NCBI RefSeq assembly: GCF_004010195.1
Contig: NC_057718.1
Location: 16,890,268-16,954,267 of the forward strand
Direction of reading: 5' to 3'
Source: Chiloscyllium plagiosum
Lineage: Eukaryota
Length of the DNA stretch: 64,000 nt
Notes under the pieces: model-generated
The model's input: the letters and a program-made list of their open reading frames with translations, nothing else
Databases searched by the model: none
Told to the model about the DNA's origin: nothing
Part shown: in pieces, positions 1-13,300 of the stretch
Layout of the letters: each line of letters starts with the position of its first letter
Position numbering within the stretch: the stretch's first letter is position 1
Program-made: the position numbers and the translations under genes

Positions 1-520
1 CAGAGAGCACCTCTGGGCCATCCGGACGAACCAACCCAACCAACCTGTGGCACAGCATTTCAACTCCCCCTCCCACTCCACCGAGGATATGCAGGTCATT
101 GGACTCATCCACCGCCAAACCACAACAATGCGACGGTCGGAGGAGGAGCGTCTTATCTTCCGACTGGGGACCCTCCAACCGCAGGGGATGAACTTGGGCT
201 TCACCAGTTTCTTCATCCCCCCTCCCCCCACCTTGTCTCAGCCGAATCCCTCCAGCCCGGCTCCGCCTTCCTGACCTGCAGTCTTCTTCTTGACCTCTCC
301 GCCTCCACCCTACTCCGACCTATCACCCTCACCTTGGCCTCTTTCCACCTATCACATTTCCAACGCCCCTCCTCCAAGTCCCTCCTCCCTACCTTTTATC
401 TTCTCCTGCTGAACACTCTGCTCATTCCTGAAGAAGGGCATGTGCCCGAAACGTCGAATCTTCTGTTCCCTAGATGCTGCCTGACCTGCTGTGCTGTTCC
501 AGCAATAAAGTTTCAGCACA
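1..520 (+). mobile_element. Penelope-like retroelement 3' part: GIY-YIG endonuclease C-terminus plus pLTR with hammerhead
   Basis: Peptide REHL..IR....QPVAQHFNSPSHS..DMQVIGL....RRSEEERLIFRLGTLQPQGMN is typical of the PLE GIY-YIG tail; followed by a hammerhead motif and AATAAA. Confidence 0.85.
424..459 (+). ncRNA. Minimal type I hammerhead ribozyme (family A), core intact
   Basis: ATTC-CTGAAGA-A-GGGC(ATGT)GCCC-GAAA-CG-TC^GAAT; 4-bp stem I, 4-bp stem II, palindromic ACGT stem III. Confidence 0.8.
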
Positions 521-924
521 TATTCTTCTAAACTACTTTCAGTTCAAGCCCAATCTTTTGCTTGTAAGATGCTCTCATCCCACAAGTCAATCCAACAAAC
601 TTTGTCTGAACTGCTAATGATGATAATATTCCATGTAATAAAGCCAAAATCATATGCAGCATTCTAGATGTGGTCTCATCACAATTGTGGCAAAACATCT
701 CTGCTTCTACATTCTATTCTCCATACAATAAATGACAATATTCAATTTGCCTTTCTACTCATAAGTTTATCCCATTGTACCCTATCGAATGTTTGCCCAA
801 TCGCTTAACCTATCAACAAATAATCTTCATTTTAATGTTGACCTGTTAATCTTTATTTTGTTTTACTCTTGAGTGACAATTGATTATTCTTTGAGATATC
901 ATTCTGCAACTAAAAAAAGAGGCT

Positions 925-1460
925 AGTGTGGCCAGATTTGGAATATTGTGTACAGTTCTGGTTGCCATGTTTTAGGAAGAATGTGGAAGCATTGGAAAAG
1001 GTACAGAGGAGATTTACCAGGATGTTGCCTAGTCTGGAGGGAAGGTTTTATAAGGAAAGGCTGAGAAACTTGGGTCTGTTCTCATTGGAAAGAAGAAGGC
1101 TAAGAGGGCATTTGATAGAGACATAAAAGATTATCAGAGGATTAGATAGGGTAGACAGTGAAAGTCTTTTTCCTAGGATGATGACGTCAGCTTGTACGAG
1201 GGTGCATAACTACAAATTGAGGGGTGATAGATTTAAGACAGATCAGAGGCAGCTTCTTTTGGCAGAGAGTGGTAAGGCTGTGGAATGCCCTACCTGCAAA
1301 GGTAGTTAACTCAGCCACATTAGGGAGATTTAAACAATCCTTAGATAAGCACATGGATGATGATGGGATAATGTAGGAGGACGAGCTGAGAATATTTCAC
1401 AGGTCGGCGTAACATAGACTACCGAAGGGCTTGTGCCACGCTGTATTGTTCTATGTTCTA
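925..1460 (+). mobile_element. CR1 LINE 3' fragment
   Basis: [33 protein letters not shown]; tail tgttctatgttcta. Confidence 0.9.
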
Positions 1461-1919
1461 GGAGACCTGTTTTTGGGGGCACTGCCCACCATTCCGAAGA
1501 AAAGTCTTTGGACATTTGAAATGTTAACTCTCGACAGATGCTGCCAGATCTGTTGAATTTCTCTCGCATCTTCTGCTTTTATTTCAGTCACTAGGTGGAG
1601 CCTGGTCAATCTATCAGTATTGTACAATATTACATTTTTATATTTAACTTTTGTTTTATTTGTCAATGTGTGAATTAGACATTTAAGGAGCAAGTGGTAT
1701 GATATTTCACCTTGGAGGGGACTGGTGTAATTACTTAATTTTCTTCTCTGCTAAGGAAGACCCTGTGAAACCCAACTCGAGTTTTAATATTGATTTCTAT
1801 GGGAATCAATGCTTCACTTAGTCTTTTCACACAAAGTTGTGATTTTTCAAGAGCACAATATTCTATATGTTCCTTTGCAGGCTCCTTTTATCCTCTTCAC
1901 TGGTTTACTTTCCCACCTA

Positions 1920-2094
1920 GATTAGAGTGGTGCTGAAAAAGCACAGCAGGTCAGGCAGCATCCGAGGAGCAGGAAAATCGACGTTTCGGGCAAAAGCCCT
2001 TCATCAGGAATATGCTACCTGACCTGCTGTGCTTTTCCAGCACCACTCTAATCTAGACTCTGGTTTCCAGCATATGTAGTCCTTGTTTTTACCT
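1920..2094. mobile_element. Non-coding PLE-derived insert with inverted arms and a hammerhead (- strand, 1977-2011)
   Basis: About 45-bp inverted repeat (1917-1961 vs 2012-2056). Minus strand reads ATTC-CTGATGA-A-GGGC(TTTT)GCCC-GAAACGTC-GATT. TSD ACTTTCCCACCTA (1907-1919) / ACATTCCCACCTA (2095-2107), inside a minus-strand CR1 RT remnant. Confidence 0.8.
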
Positions 2095-2210
2095 ACATTC
2101 CCACCTATCTTTGTGTTGTCAGCAAACTTAATAACCATATTTGTTGCTGTCATCCAAGTTATTAATATTGAATGTAAATAATTTAGAAGTCCACACATCC
2201 TCATCGCATT

Positions 2211-3150
2211 TGTTGGGTTCTGGTTTGTCCTCAGTAATTTTCTGATTTTTAGGTGGTTCAAATCACCCCCAGATCCTTGGTTCTGACACTGGACTTATTT
2301 TGGGAATGTGAAATGAAGAAGGCAGTAGACAGATGTTTCAGGGGAAAAAAAAAGTTTCTGTTCATTTAAATAGAAAAGATAAGTATAATACAATAAATAC
2401 AGGTAAAAGCACTAAACAGTGCAATTAACAATATCAATTATACAGAGAACAGTAATTAAATACACCAAACTCAGCTAAAACACTATTAGAACCTAGACAG
2501 TAATTTTAATCTCTCAAACCTTAATCAGGTTTTCTACCCTTGAGGTCCCACGTACTGTCACCATCTACCTTCCCTCTCTGCTAGGTAGGACGGAACCTTT
2601 GGGGCCTTGGAAGTCTAAGCTCACCACTGAGGAAAATGCGATTTTGAAGTACAGCTGCCTGTTGAGGTTATTGCCGTTGGTTCTCTTGGTTCAGAACAGG
2701 CCTGTGTGTGGAAACTGTTGTTTGGATAGCGCTTGGGCTCCCATCTCTTTTCTTCCCGCCCGCCCACCCCATGTCCTTTGTTGCAATGATGCCCTAGGTT
2801 TGGCTTCCCAGTTCCACTTCTCTGTTCAGCCTCTGTGGTTCTTGGTTCTGAAGCTACTTGTTGGGGTTGGAAGCCTGTGGGAAAGTTATTTCTGTAGAAA
2901 CTTGTTGTAAAAGGCTCTTCCCCCAGATCAGATCAGGGATAGCAATTATACAGACTGTGACCCATTATCTCCACTCAGATCTGTGTTGTCCATTATGTTT
3001 CTTTCTGAAGGCAGTTGGTTTCCCAATGGTTAGAGTATGTGTGAATGGGCTTTGGTTGAGTTTGAATGTCCAGTATATTCTTAAGGTTCATAGTTTCTGT
3101 GCTGGGTAGTCCGAGATGTAAAAGTTAGTTTCAGTCCAAATATCCTAACA
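2211..3150. mobile_element. Possible solo LTR
   Basis: Ends TGTTGGG...CCTAACA (TG..CA, short imperfect inverted termini); non-coding; no clean TSD. Confidence 0.3.
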
Positions 3151-3157
3151 CACCACA

Positions 3158-3331
3158 TCCTCCCACAGTCCAAAGATGTGGAGGTCAAGCTGCATTAGCT
3201 ATGCTAAATTACCCCACAGAGTAATGGGGGTAGGATAGGGGTCTGGGTTTAGGTGCCATGCTCTTTGGAGAGCCAGTGCTGACTCGATGGGCCAATTGGC
3301 TTCCTTCCACACTGTAGGGATTCTGTGATTC
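3158..3331 (+). mobile_element. 5'-truncated HE1/V-SINE-like SINE
   Basis: cctcccacagtccaaagatgtg..gctaaatt core shared with the other SINE copies. Confidence 0.7.
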
Positions 3332-4593
3332 TTCGACACGAATTTCCCAATTTTGATAATGACAAAATGGTTCTAAATTGAGATTTCTAATAATCTCCTT
3401 AATTACAATATCATCCTTACGACCAATATTAAGCTAACTGACCTATAGGTTTTGCTGACTGTCTCCCTCCTTGAATAGAGAAGTCAAATCAGCTATTTTA
3501 AAATTTAACCTTTTCTCGGATCAGGGAATTTTGGAAAATTAAAAGCAATACATCCACTATCTTCAGCACCCATTTCTTGTCAGACACCAAGATGAAATCC
3601 ATCAGGACCTGTTAGTTTTCAGTTATGCAGTTAAGGATGGTCAATAAATGCTAGCCTAACTGGCACTGTTTCCATTTAAGTATTTTTTCAGAAAAAAGGC
3701 TTCTCCCTTCCTTTCATCTCTAGATGTAGACTTATTTCTGGGATCTTGCTTGTATCCTTTTACAGTGCAGACAGATGCAAAATATCTCTTCAATTCCTCT
3801 ACCATTGCTTGATTTTCCATTATTAAATCCCAGACTCTGTAGAGGATCAACAAATAATGTTTTTGTGATTTTCTTCTGCCCCTCTTGTTTGACACTTCTC
3901 CAGCTGTTGTTGGCTTCAATGGCTTTCCAGTATTCCTCAGCTCCAGTTCCCCTGCTCCCCTCCCTACCACATCCACCTGGTTCTTCAATCCTGTTAATGT
4001 CAGAAATAACACTTAGAAAGCAAGAAACATTGCCGGGGTAGGGCTTCTGGAGATGAACCAAAGGCCAGATCTTGCAAATCTTTAAAAACTGATTAAAACT
4101 CTTCAAAGTATTTAAAAGTTTATAACTTTTTTTTACATGTTGAAGATATTTGCATATATGAATCACTTGGGCAAAAAAGAACTCTGTTGTCATTAGGCCA
4201 AAGACTTGACCCAAGGGACCAGTCGTCTTGTGATTAATTCAGGTCTGTAGGAAGTGTGGCAATAGTGGTATTGGAAACCCTTGCTGCTTATACTAATTCG
4301 AGGATGCTTTCATAAGGTTGTAGCGGAGATATTTTTCAGGCAGTCACTGTTGTAAGCTAATGTTTTGCTGCAGAGAGGAATATCTAGTCCATTAAATAAG
4401 CCAATGTAACAGGTCTAAAGAAGGAATTTTTGCATTGATATTCAGACATTCTGGCCTGATTTTGTTGGGGTGGGCATTTTTAAAAATGTTAATGTAATTT
4501 TCTTGCCCATTGTCTAACTGTGAGCAGAAGCATGTGCAAAGTAAATTTGAGCAACTTGTGGTAAAATTTTCTAATTTACCAGTCATCTGCTTT

Positions 4594-7450
4594 TAGTCAT
4601 AGAGTGATGGAGATGTACAGTATGGAAACACACCCTTCGGTCCAACTCATCTATGCGACCAGATGTCACAACCCAATCTAGTCCCAATCTAGTCCCACCT
4701 GCCAGCACATGGCCCATATCCCTCCTAACCCTTCCTATTCATATACCCATCCAAATGCCTTTTAAATGTTGCAATTGCACTAGCCTCCACCACTTCCTCT
4801 GGCAGCTCATTCCATACACGTACCACCCTCTGTGTGAAAAAGTTGCCCCGAAAGGACACTCTAATCCTATGTCCTCTAGTTCTGGACTCCCTCACTACAG
4901 GGAAAAGACATTGTCTATCCAATACATGCCCTTCATGGTTTTGTAAACCTCTATAAAGTCATCCCTCAACCTCCAACGCTCCAGTGAAAATAGCCCCAGC
5001 CTGTTCAGCCTCTCACGATAGACCGAATTCTTCAGCCCTGGCAACACCCTTATAAATCTTTTCTGAACCATTTCAAGTTTCACAACATCCTAACCAATGT
5101 CCTGTACAGCCGCAACATGACCTCCCAACTCCTGTACTCAATACTCTGACCAATAAAGGAAAGCATACCAAACACCACCTTCATTATTCTACCTACCTGC
5201 GACTCCACTTTCAAGGAGCTATGAGCCTGCACTCTTTTGTTCAGCAACACTCTCTAAGACCTTACCATTAAGTGTATAAGTCCTGCTAAGATTTGCTTTC
5301 CCAAAATGCAGCACCTCTCATTTATCTGAATTAAACTCCACCTGCCACTTCTCTGCCCATTGGCCCATCTGGTCAAGATTCTGTTTTAATCTGAGGTGAC
5401 CCTCTTCTCTGTCCACTACACCTCCACTTTTGGTGTCCTCTGCAAACTTACTAACTGTGCCTCTTATGCTCGCATCCAAATCATTTATGTAAATGACAAA
5501 AAGTAGTGGACCAGCACCAATCCTTGTGGCACTCCACTGGTCACAGGCCTCCAGTCTGAAAAACTATCCTCCACCACCGCACTCTGTCTTCCACCTTTGA
5601 GCCAGCTCTGCATCCAAATGGCTAGTTCTCCCTGTATTCCATGAGATCTAACCTTGCTAACCAGTCTCCCATGGGGAACCTTGTCGCATGCCATTTTGAA
5701 GTCCATATAGATCGCATCTACCACTCTGCCCTCATCAATCCTCAGTTGCTCCTTCAAAAAACTCAATCAAGTTTGTGAGACATGATTTCCCACACACAAA
5801 GCCATGTTGACTATCCCTAATCTGTCCTTGCCTTTCCAAATACATGTACATCCTGTCCCTCAGGATTCCCTCCAACAACTTGCCCACCACCGACGTCAGG
5901 CTCACTTGTCTATAGTTCTCTGGCTTGTCCTTACCACCTTTCTTAAACAGTGGCACCATGTTAGCCAACTTCCAGGCTTCCGGCACCTCACCTGTGACTA
6001 TCGATGATACAAATATCTTAGCAAGAGGCCCAGCAATCACTTCTCTAGCTTCCCACAGAGTTCTCGGGTACACCTGATCAGGTCCTGGAGATTTATCCAC
6101 CTTTANNNNNNNNNNNNNNNNNNNNNNNNNNNNNNNNNNNNNNNNNNNNNNNNNNNNNNNNNNNCCCTTTCACCCTGACAGGAATATACTTTTTCTGGTT
6201 TCTTGTTATCTCATTTCTGAAGGCTTCCCATTTTCCAGCCGCCCCTTTACCTGCGAACATCTGCCCCCATTAGCTTTTGAAAGTTCTTGCCAATACCATT
6301 AAAATTGGCCTTTCTCCAATTTAGAACTTCAACTTTTAGATCTGGTCTATCCTTTTCCATCACTATTTTAAATTTAATGGAATTATGGTCGCTGTCCCAA
6401 AGTGCTCCCCCAGTGGTACCTCAGTCACCTGCCCTGCCTCATTTCCCAAGAGTAGGTCAAGTTTTGCACCTTCTCTAGTAGGTACATCCACATACTGAAT
6501 CAGAAAATTGTCTTGTGCACACTTAACAAATTCCTCTCCATCTAAACCCTTAACTCTATGACAGTTCCAGTCTATGTTTGGAAAGTTAAAATCCCCTACC
6601 ATAACCACCCTATTATTCTTACAGATAGCTGAGATCTCCTTACAAATTTGTTTCTCAATTTCCCTCTGAATATTAGGGGGTCTATAATACAATCCCAATA
6701 AGGTGATCATCCCTTTCTTATTTCCCAGTTCCACCCAAATAATTTCCCTGGATGTATTTCCAGGAATATCCTCCCTCAGCACAGCTGTAATGCTATCCCT
6801 TATCAAAAATGCCACTCTCTTGCCTCCCTTTCTATCCTTCCTGTTGCATTTGTATCCTGGAACATTAATCTGCCAGTCCTGCCCATCCCTGAGCCATGTT
6901 TCTGGAGTTTCTGATATCCCAGTCCCATGTTCCTAACCATGCCCTGAGTTCATCTGCCTTCCCTGTTAGATTCCTTGCATTGAAATAAATGCAGTTTAAT
7001 TTATTAGTCCTGCCTTATCCCTGCCTACCGTGACTGACTCTCTTCTGTTCTCAACTGTAGCAGTGTCAGATTGATCTCTTTCCTCGCTATCTCGTTGGTT
7101 CCATCCCACCACCTTACTAGTTTAAATCCTCCCGAGCAGCTCTAGCAAATTTCCCTGCCAGTATATTAGTCCCCTTCCAATTTATGTGCAATCCATCCTT
7201 CTTGTACAGGTCACTTCTACCCCAAAAGAGATTCCAATGATCCAAAAATGTGAATCCTTCTCCCATACACCAGCTCCTCAGCCATGCATTCATCTACTGT
7301 ATCCTCCTATTCCTGCCCTCACGAGCTCGTAGCACTGGGAGTAATCCAGATATTACTACTGTTGAGGACCTCCTTTATAAATTCCTGCCTAACCATCTGT
7401 AATCAACCTTCAGAATCTCAACCTTTTCCCTTCCTAGGTCGTTGGTTCCA
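4594..7450 (-). mobile_element. CR1/HER1-type LINE, 5'-truncated (part of ORF1, endonuclease, RT, 3' tail); spans an assembly gap
   Basis: ORFs 6363..6815 (APE: YYRPPN, MVGDFNFPNIDW), 5735..6100 and 5485..5766 (RT: SQHGF, TSGVPQG); 3' tail ctatgact. Confidence 0.95.
6106..6164. other. Assembly gap (59 N)
   Basis: Run of N. Confidence 1.
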
Positions 7451-7731
7451 ATTGCTCCTTGTATTTGCACACAGGGGATGTTTTCTACTTGGAAATTCCT
7501 GGGATTTTCCTTTTGTAGTTGTATATTCTCACTTTGTCAGAAAATGCAGTTACACAGATGCTAGTTCTTTCTTTGACTCAGTTGGAGGCTTGATCCAGCA
7601 ATGTGGAGTAGACACCTTGGCATCCTTAATCAACATGCAACTTTCCTTTTCTATTGGATTATCCTTTCAAAAACCTTTTTCAATTTGCAACAGAGTTTGT
7701 CCCTATACAGTTTTGCTAATGAATGTTTCAA

Positions 7732-8051
7732 ATTAGATTAGATTACCTATAGTATGGAACAGGCCATTTGGCCCACACTGACCCTCCAAAGAGTAACCCA
7801 CCCAGACCCATTCTTTATCCTATACTTACCCCTGACTAATGCAGCAAACACTGTGGGCAATTAGCATGGCCAATTCACCTAACCTGCATATCTTCATATT
7901 GTGGGAAGAAACCAGAATACCCAGAGGAAATCCACACAGACCTAGGGAGAATTTGCAAACTTCACACAGACAGTTGCCCAAGGTGGGAATCGAACTCTGG
8001 TCCCTGGCAAAGTGAGGCAACAGTGCTAACCACTGAGCCATCGTGATGTCC
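7732..8051 (-). mobile_element. HE1-type tRNA-derived SINE
   Basis: Reverse complement has A box TGGCTCAGTGG, B box GTTCGATTCC and an (ATCTA)n tail. Confidence 0.9.
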
Positions 8052-8569
8052 TCATTATTCATTTACCCAAGTAAAATATGCAATTGAGTAATTGCTTTCA
8101 GGATCGAAAAGTAAATATATTGCATTTTGGTTTTTCGTCTCTGATGTGCATAGCATTTAATAGACTGCCAAACACCTGGACCAGAGTTTAGTGCTCTGTG
8201 CACTAAGTGTTGGGGCAGGCATCTTCAAACAGTTTAACTTCCTATCATACCAGTGAGAGAATTTGCTAAATCAAGCATCAGTTAGGTGCTTAAATGCTGT
8301 CTGGCAAGCTTCTTGTTCAGTAAAACCTTTGTGCTGAAGTTCTGCCTTGTCTGAGGTCAGCAGCCTCACAGTGAAAGAGTGTCATTGTTCAATCATGAGG
8401 TGCAGCACTGGCAAACAGATAATTCTGTTATCTGAATAGAACTGACTGGAATTGCACTGGTATATAGGGGAACCTCGATTATCTGAACAAGATGGGCAGG
8501 CACTATTTCATTGGGATAATTGATTATTTGTTAATCGATTCAATGCCTTTCATCTGGGGCTCAGAGTTT

Positions 8570-10893
8570 TAGAACATAGAAATGTAAAGCACAGAACAGG
8601 CCCAGGATGTTGTGCAGAGAATTAATCCTAATGTAAAGTAAAATAACTTAATCTACACACCCCTCAATTCACTGCTATCCATGTGCATGTCCAGCAGTTG
8701 CTTAATGTCCCTAATGACTCTGGTTCCACCACCATCACTGGCAAAGCATTCCATGCATTCACAGCTCTCTGCGTAAAGACCTTACTCTGAAGTCCCTTCT
8801 ATACCTTTCTCCTAAAATCTTAAGACGATGACCCCTCGTGCCAGTCAATCCTCTCTGGCTATTGACTCAATCGGGTCACCTCTCTGCCTCATCTCCAAAG
8901 AGAAAAGTCCGAGCTTAGTCAACCTCTCTTCATAAGGCAAGCCCTCCAGTCCAGGCAGCATTCTGGTAAACCTTCTTTGCACTTTCTCCAAAGCCTTTGT
9001 ATCTACCCTATAGTAGGGTGACCAGAACTGGACACAATATTCCAAGTGTGGTCTCACCAGGGACTTGTAGAGCTGCAGCAAAATCTTGTGGCTCTTAAAC
9101 TCGATCCCCCTGTTAGTGAAAGCCAAAATACTATATGCTTTCTTAACAACCCTATTCACTTGGGTGGCAACTTGGAGGGATTTATGTACTTGCACACCAA
9201 GATCCCTCTGTTCCTCCACACTGCCAAGAATCCTGTCTTTAATCCTATATTCGGCATTTGAGTTCGACCTTCCAAAATGCATGACTTTAGATTTATCCAG
9301 GTTGGACTCCATCTGCCATTTCTCAGCCCAGCTCTGCATCCTGTCAATGTCACACTGCAGCCTGCAATAGCCCTCGCTACTATCAACGGCACCTCGAACC
9401 TTTGTGTCATCTGTCAATTTATTAAGCCACCCCTCAACCTCCTCATCCAAGTCATTTATAAAAATTACAAAGAACAGAGCCTTGTAGGACACTACTCAAT
9501 ACTGACCTCCAGGCAGAATACTTTCCATCTGCAACCACTCTCTGCCTTTTGTCAGCCAACCAATTCTGAATCCAGACAGCCAGATCTCCCTGTATCCCAT
9601 ATCTCCTGATTTTATGAATGAGCCTACCATGGGGAACCTTATCAAATGTCTTGCTGAAGTCCGAATACACCACATCCATTGCTTGACCTTCATTGACCTG
9701 TCTTGTCGCCTCCTCAAAGAACTCAGTAAAATTTGTGAGGCATGACCTGCCTCTCTCAAAGCCATGCTGACTGCCTTTAGGCATGCTATGCTTTTCCAAA
9801 TAAATCCTATCCTTCAGAATTCTTTCCAAAACCTTACAGACGTAAGACTGGTCTGTAATTGCTAGGGATTTCCCTATTACCCTTCTTGAAAAGAGGAACA
9901 ACATTCACCTCCTTCCAATCCTCTAGTACGACTCCTGTGGAGAGTGAAGAAGCAAAGAACTTCGCCAGCAGCTTAGCAACCTCCTTTCTCATTTCCTGGA
10001 GCAGCCTAGGATAAATCTGGCCTGGTCCTGCGACTTATCAATCTTAATGTTTGCCAAAATTTCCAGCACATGAACTTCATCAATCTTGATCTATTCAAGC
10101 CTGTATCCCAGCTCCTCAAAGTTCTCATTCACAACAAGGTCCCTTTCCTTAGTGAAAGCTGAAGCAAAATACTCACTTCGGCTTTGCCCTATCTGCTCAG
10201 ATTCCTTGCACAAGTACTCTGCGCTATCCCTGATCGGCCCTACCTTCTCCCTGATTATTCTCTTACCTCATGTGTGAGGAAAATGCCTTTGGCTTCTCTC
10301 TAATCCTTCCTGCCAAGCCTTTCTCATGCCCCCTCCTGGCTGTCCTTAGTCCATTTTGGAGCTCCTTTCTAGCTAGCCTGTAATCCTCTAAAACTGTGCT
10401 AATCCTTGCTTCCTCCACATTATGTAAACTGCCTTCTTCCTTTTGACGAGAAGCTCCTCTATTCTCGTCATCCAAGGTTCCTTAATCTTACTCCTCCTTA
10501 CCTGTCTGAGTAACAGATTCGTGCATCACTCGCAATAACTGCTCCTTAAACATGTCTGCTGTGCCCTCTCTGTGGAACAATTGCTCCCAGTCTGTACTTC
10601 CCAACTTCTGTCTGATAGCATCATAATTCCCTTTTCCCCAATTAAATATCTTCCCTTGATAACTACTCTTTCCCTCTCCAAGGCTATGGAAAATGTGAGG
10701 CAGTTGTGATCACTATCACCAAAGTGTTCTCCCACTGCGAGATCTGACACCTGTCGTGGCTCATTGTCAAGCATCAAATCCAAAGTGGCCTCTCCCCTCG
10801 TCGGCCTGTCTACATACTGAATAAGGAAACCCTCCTGAACACCCCTGACAAAAACTGCTCCATCAGACCATCTGCATTAAGGAGGTTCCAGTC
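8570..10893 (-). mobile_element. CR1 LINE (second subfamily), ORF2 with frameshifts
   Basis: ORFs 8845..9492, 9452..9904 and 10526..10783 are CR1 RT/APE; tail is the reverse complement of tagaacataga. Confidence 0.93.
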
Positions 10894-10919
10894 GAATTTA
10901 CAGCATGTGATTACAGTGT

Positions 10920-11120
10920 CATGCTATAAATTCTGTATCTTGTGGTCCTGACACTAATCACTTGCTATAAATTCTGTGTCTTATGGTTCTTCTCCATAGC
11001 AACTTGATGAAGACGCAGCACTCCAAAAGCTAGTGCTTCCAAAGAAACCTATTGGACTGTAACCTGGTGTTGTGATTTTAACTTTGTCCACCCTAGTCCA
11101 ACACCGGCTCCTCCACATCT
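10920..11120 (+). mobile_element. Short PLE-derived repeat, family B, with degenerate hammerhead (about 11001-11035)
   Basis: TTGATGA-A-GACGC(AGC)ACTCC-AAAAGCTAGTG, then aaacctattggactgtaacctgg; homologous to 44568 and 51550; 25-bp tandem duplication at 10922/10963. Confidence 0.65.
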
Positions 11121-11134
11121 TGGTAAACAGTGAC

Positions 11135-12325
11135 CGATCAGTCAGTCAGCATGGATTTACAAAAGGGGAATCAAGCTAGACATCTGGAGCTTTTTGAAAG
11201 TGCAACTTGTAGAGTTGATAAAGGGGAGCGACTGGGTGTGCTTTACTTGGACTTGGTGAAGACTTTTGGTAAAGTCACATAAGAGGTTAGCATGTAAAAT
11301 TACAGTGCATAGTTTAAAGCTGGATAGAGAATTGGTTGGTATACAGGAAGCAGTTGGAATAAACAGGTCTTTTTCCAAATGACAGATAGTGACTAGTGGG
11401 GTACCATGAGAGTCATTGCTTGGACGCCAGCTATTTGCATCATATATTAATGATTTAGATGAGAGAACTATACATCATATCTCCAAGTTTGCACATGAAA
11501 CTAAGCAGGTGGGAGGTTGAACTGTGAGAAGGATGTAGAGATGCTTCAGTATGATGTGAATAAATTCAGTAAGTGGGCAAATGCATGGTAGGTGAAGTGT
11601 AATGTGGATAAATGTGAAGTTATCCATTTTGGTAGCAAAAACAGGATGGTAGATGATGTGAATGGTGATAGACTGGAAAAAGGGAAGGTTTAATGAGACC
11701 TGGGTATTTGTTTACGTCAGTCACTGGAAGTAAGCATGTAGGTGCAGTTGGGGTGAAGAAGGCAAATTGTCTGTTGGCCTTCATAGTGAGGATTTGAGTA
11801 AGACGCAGGAATAGTTTGCTGCACTTGCACTTGTAAGGGCCTTGGTGAGACTATATCTGGGGTTTAATGTACAGTTTTGTCTTCCTTGTCTGAAGAAGGA
11901 TTTGGAGGGAATGCAATGAAGGTTTACCAGACCAATTCCTGGGATGGATTGGTTAGGATTACATTCATTAGAATTTAGAAGAAAGAGAGATCTCATAGAC
12001 ACCTGTTAAATTCTAACAGAGCTAGACATTGTAAACACAAGGAAAGTGTTCCCAATGACCAGGACCTCCTGAAGCAAGGATACAGGATATGCTATTTAGG
12101 ACTGAGATGAGAAACATGTTCACCCAAAAAATGGTAATCCTGTGGAATTCTCAGCCACAGAAAATGGTAGAGGCCAAAACATTGTATAGTTTCAAAAATT
12201 TAGGTATTCTTCGGGCTAAAGAGATGAAAGGGTATAGGGAGGAAGCAGAAACAGAGTACCACACTGGATGATCAGCCATTATGATATTGAATGGTGCAAC
12301 AGGCTTGAAGGGCTGAAAAGCCTAC
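11135..12325 (+). mobile_element. Old degraded CR1 LINE (RT to 3' end)
   Basis: cagcatggattt (QHGF), actagtggggtacca (TSGVP) and tccaagtttgca (SKFA) remnants. Confidence 0.8.
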
Positions 12326-13124
12326 TCTTTTTTTTTAATGCTTTGCTTAAAGAAACCCATGATTACAGTTGTAATTTTAATACATGCGTGTTTTGTTCTT
12401 TGTTTAATTCCTGCCCTTGATCTCCACTACTGTCTGGGAACCTAAAAACAACCCCCACAACAACATTTTCTGCCCCTTGGTTATTTAATTTCCCAATATA
12501 CAGGTTTCATATTATGATTTTCTGAATCAGTATGTTTCCTCACTATTACAAGAATTTGTCCTTTACTAACAATGCTCCCCTCCTCCATTCCCTTTTTGTC
12601 TGTCCTTCCTAAATAATGAATGCTTCGTTCTAATTCTTGGTCACCCTGCAGCAGTGTCCCTTGAATTGCAACTGTATTATATCGATTTGTGCTGCTAATT
12701 TATCAGTTACTGCAAATGTTCCATGCATTAAGACACAGAGCCTTTGAACCTGTGTTTTTAATTTTTTTTTTGCATTGTGGCCCATTTGTTTTTCTTTACA
12801 TTTTTGTCTGCTTTCCATTTTTTTGCTGCTTATCATTCAGCCTTTTGTTTATTTTCATTTGTCCCTGGTCAGGTTCCCACCACTCTACCAATCTACTCAT
12901 TACATAGACACCACACATGCCTTTACCTATATATGCACAGCCCAGAACCAGTTACCAGGAATCTGAATACCTCTTCTTACACCACTTCTCCAGCCACTTG
13001 TAGATCTGTTATAGCCTGTTATTTCTTCTTTCATTGGCTTGTGACTGGTAGTAACCCTGACATCTTTGACCTTGGTACCAAGGAGGCAACATACTATCCT
13101 AATGAGGAAATGAGAGAAGTGTGG

Positions 13125-13300
13125 ATGGTAGAAATCTGAAACAAAAACAGAAATTGCTGGAAAATCTTAGCAGGTCTGTGGAGAGAAATTGGAGTTGATG
13201 TTTCAGGTCCAGTGACCCTTCTTCAGAACTGGTGGTAGCGAGGAAAAGTATTGTTTATATGCAGAAGATGGAGATGGTGGGAGGAGAGTAGACTATGCAT
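13125..13300 (-). mobile_element. PLE-derived repeat, family C, with hammerhead (13193-13230)
   Basis: Minus strand: AGTT-CTGAAGA-A-GGGTC(ACTG)GACCT-GAAA-CA-TC-AACT; stem I AGTT/AACT. Confidence 0.7.

Noticed and set aside
2599..4214. ORFs of 83-160 aa in 2599-4214
   Set aside because: No coherent homology; they overlap an LTR-like segment and CR1 debris
8465..8570. gaacctcgattatctgaa resembling a Tc1/mariner (Tigger-like) terminus
   Set aside because: No matching second TIR or transposase found; too short to call
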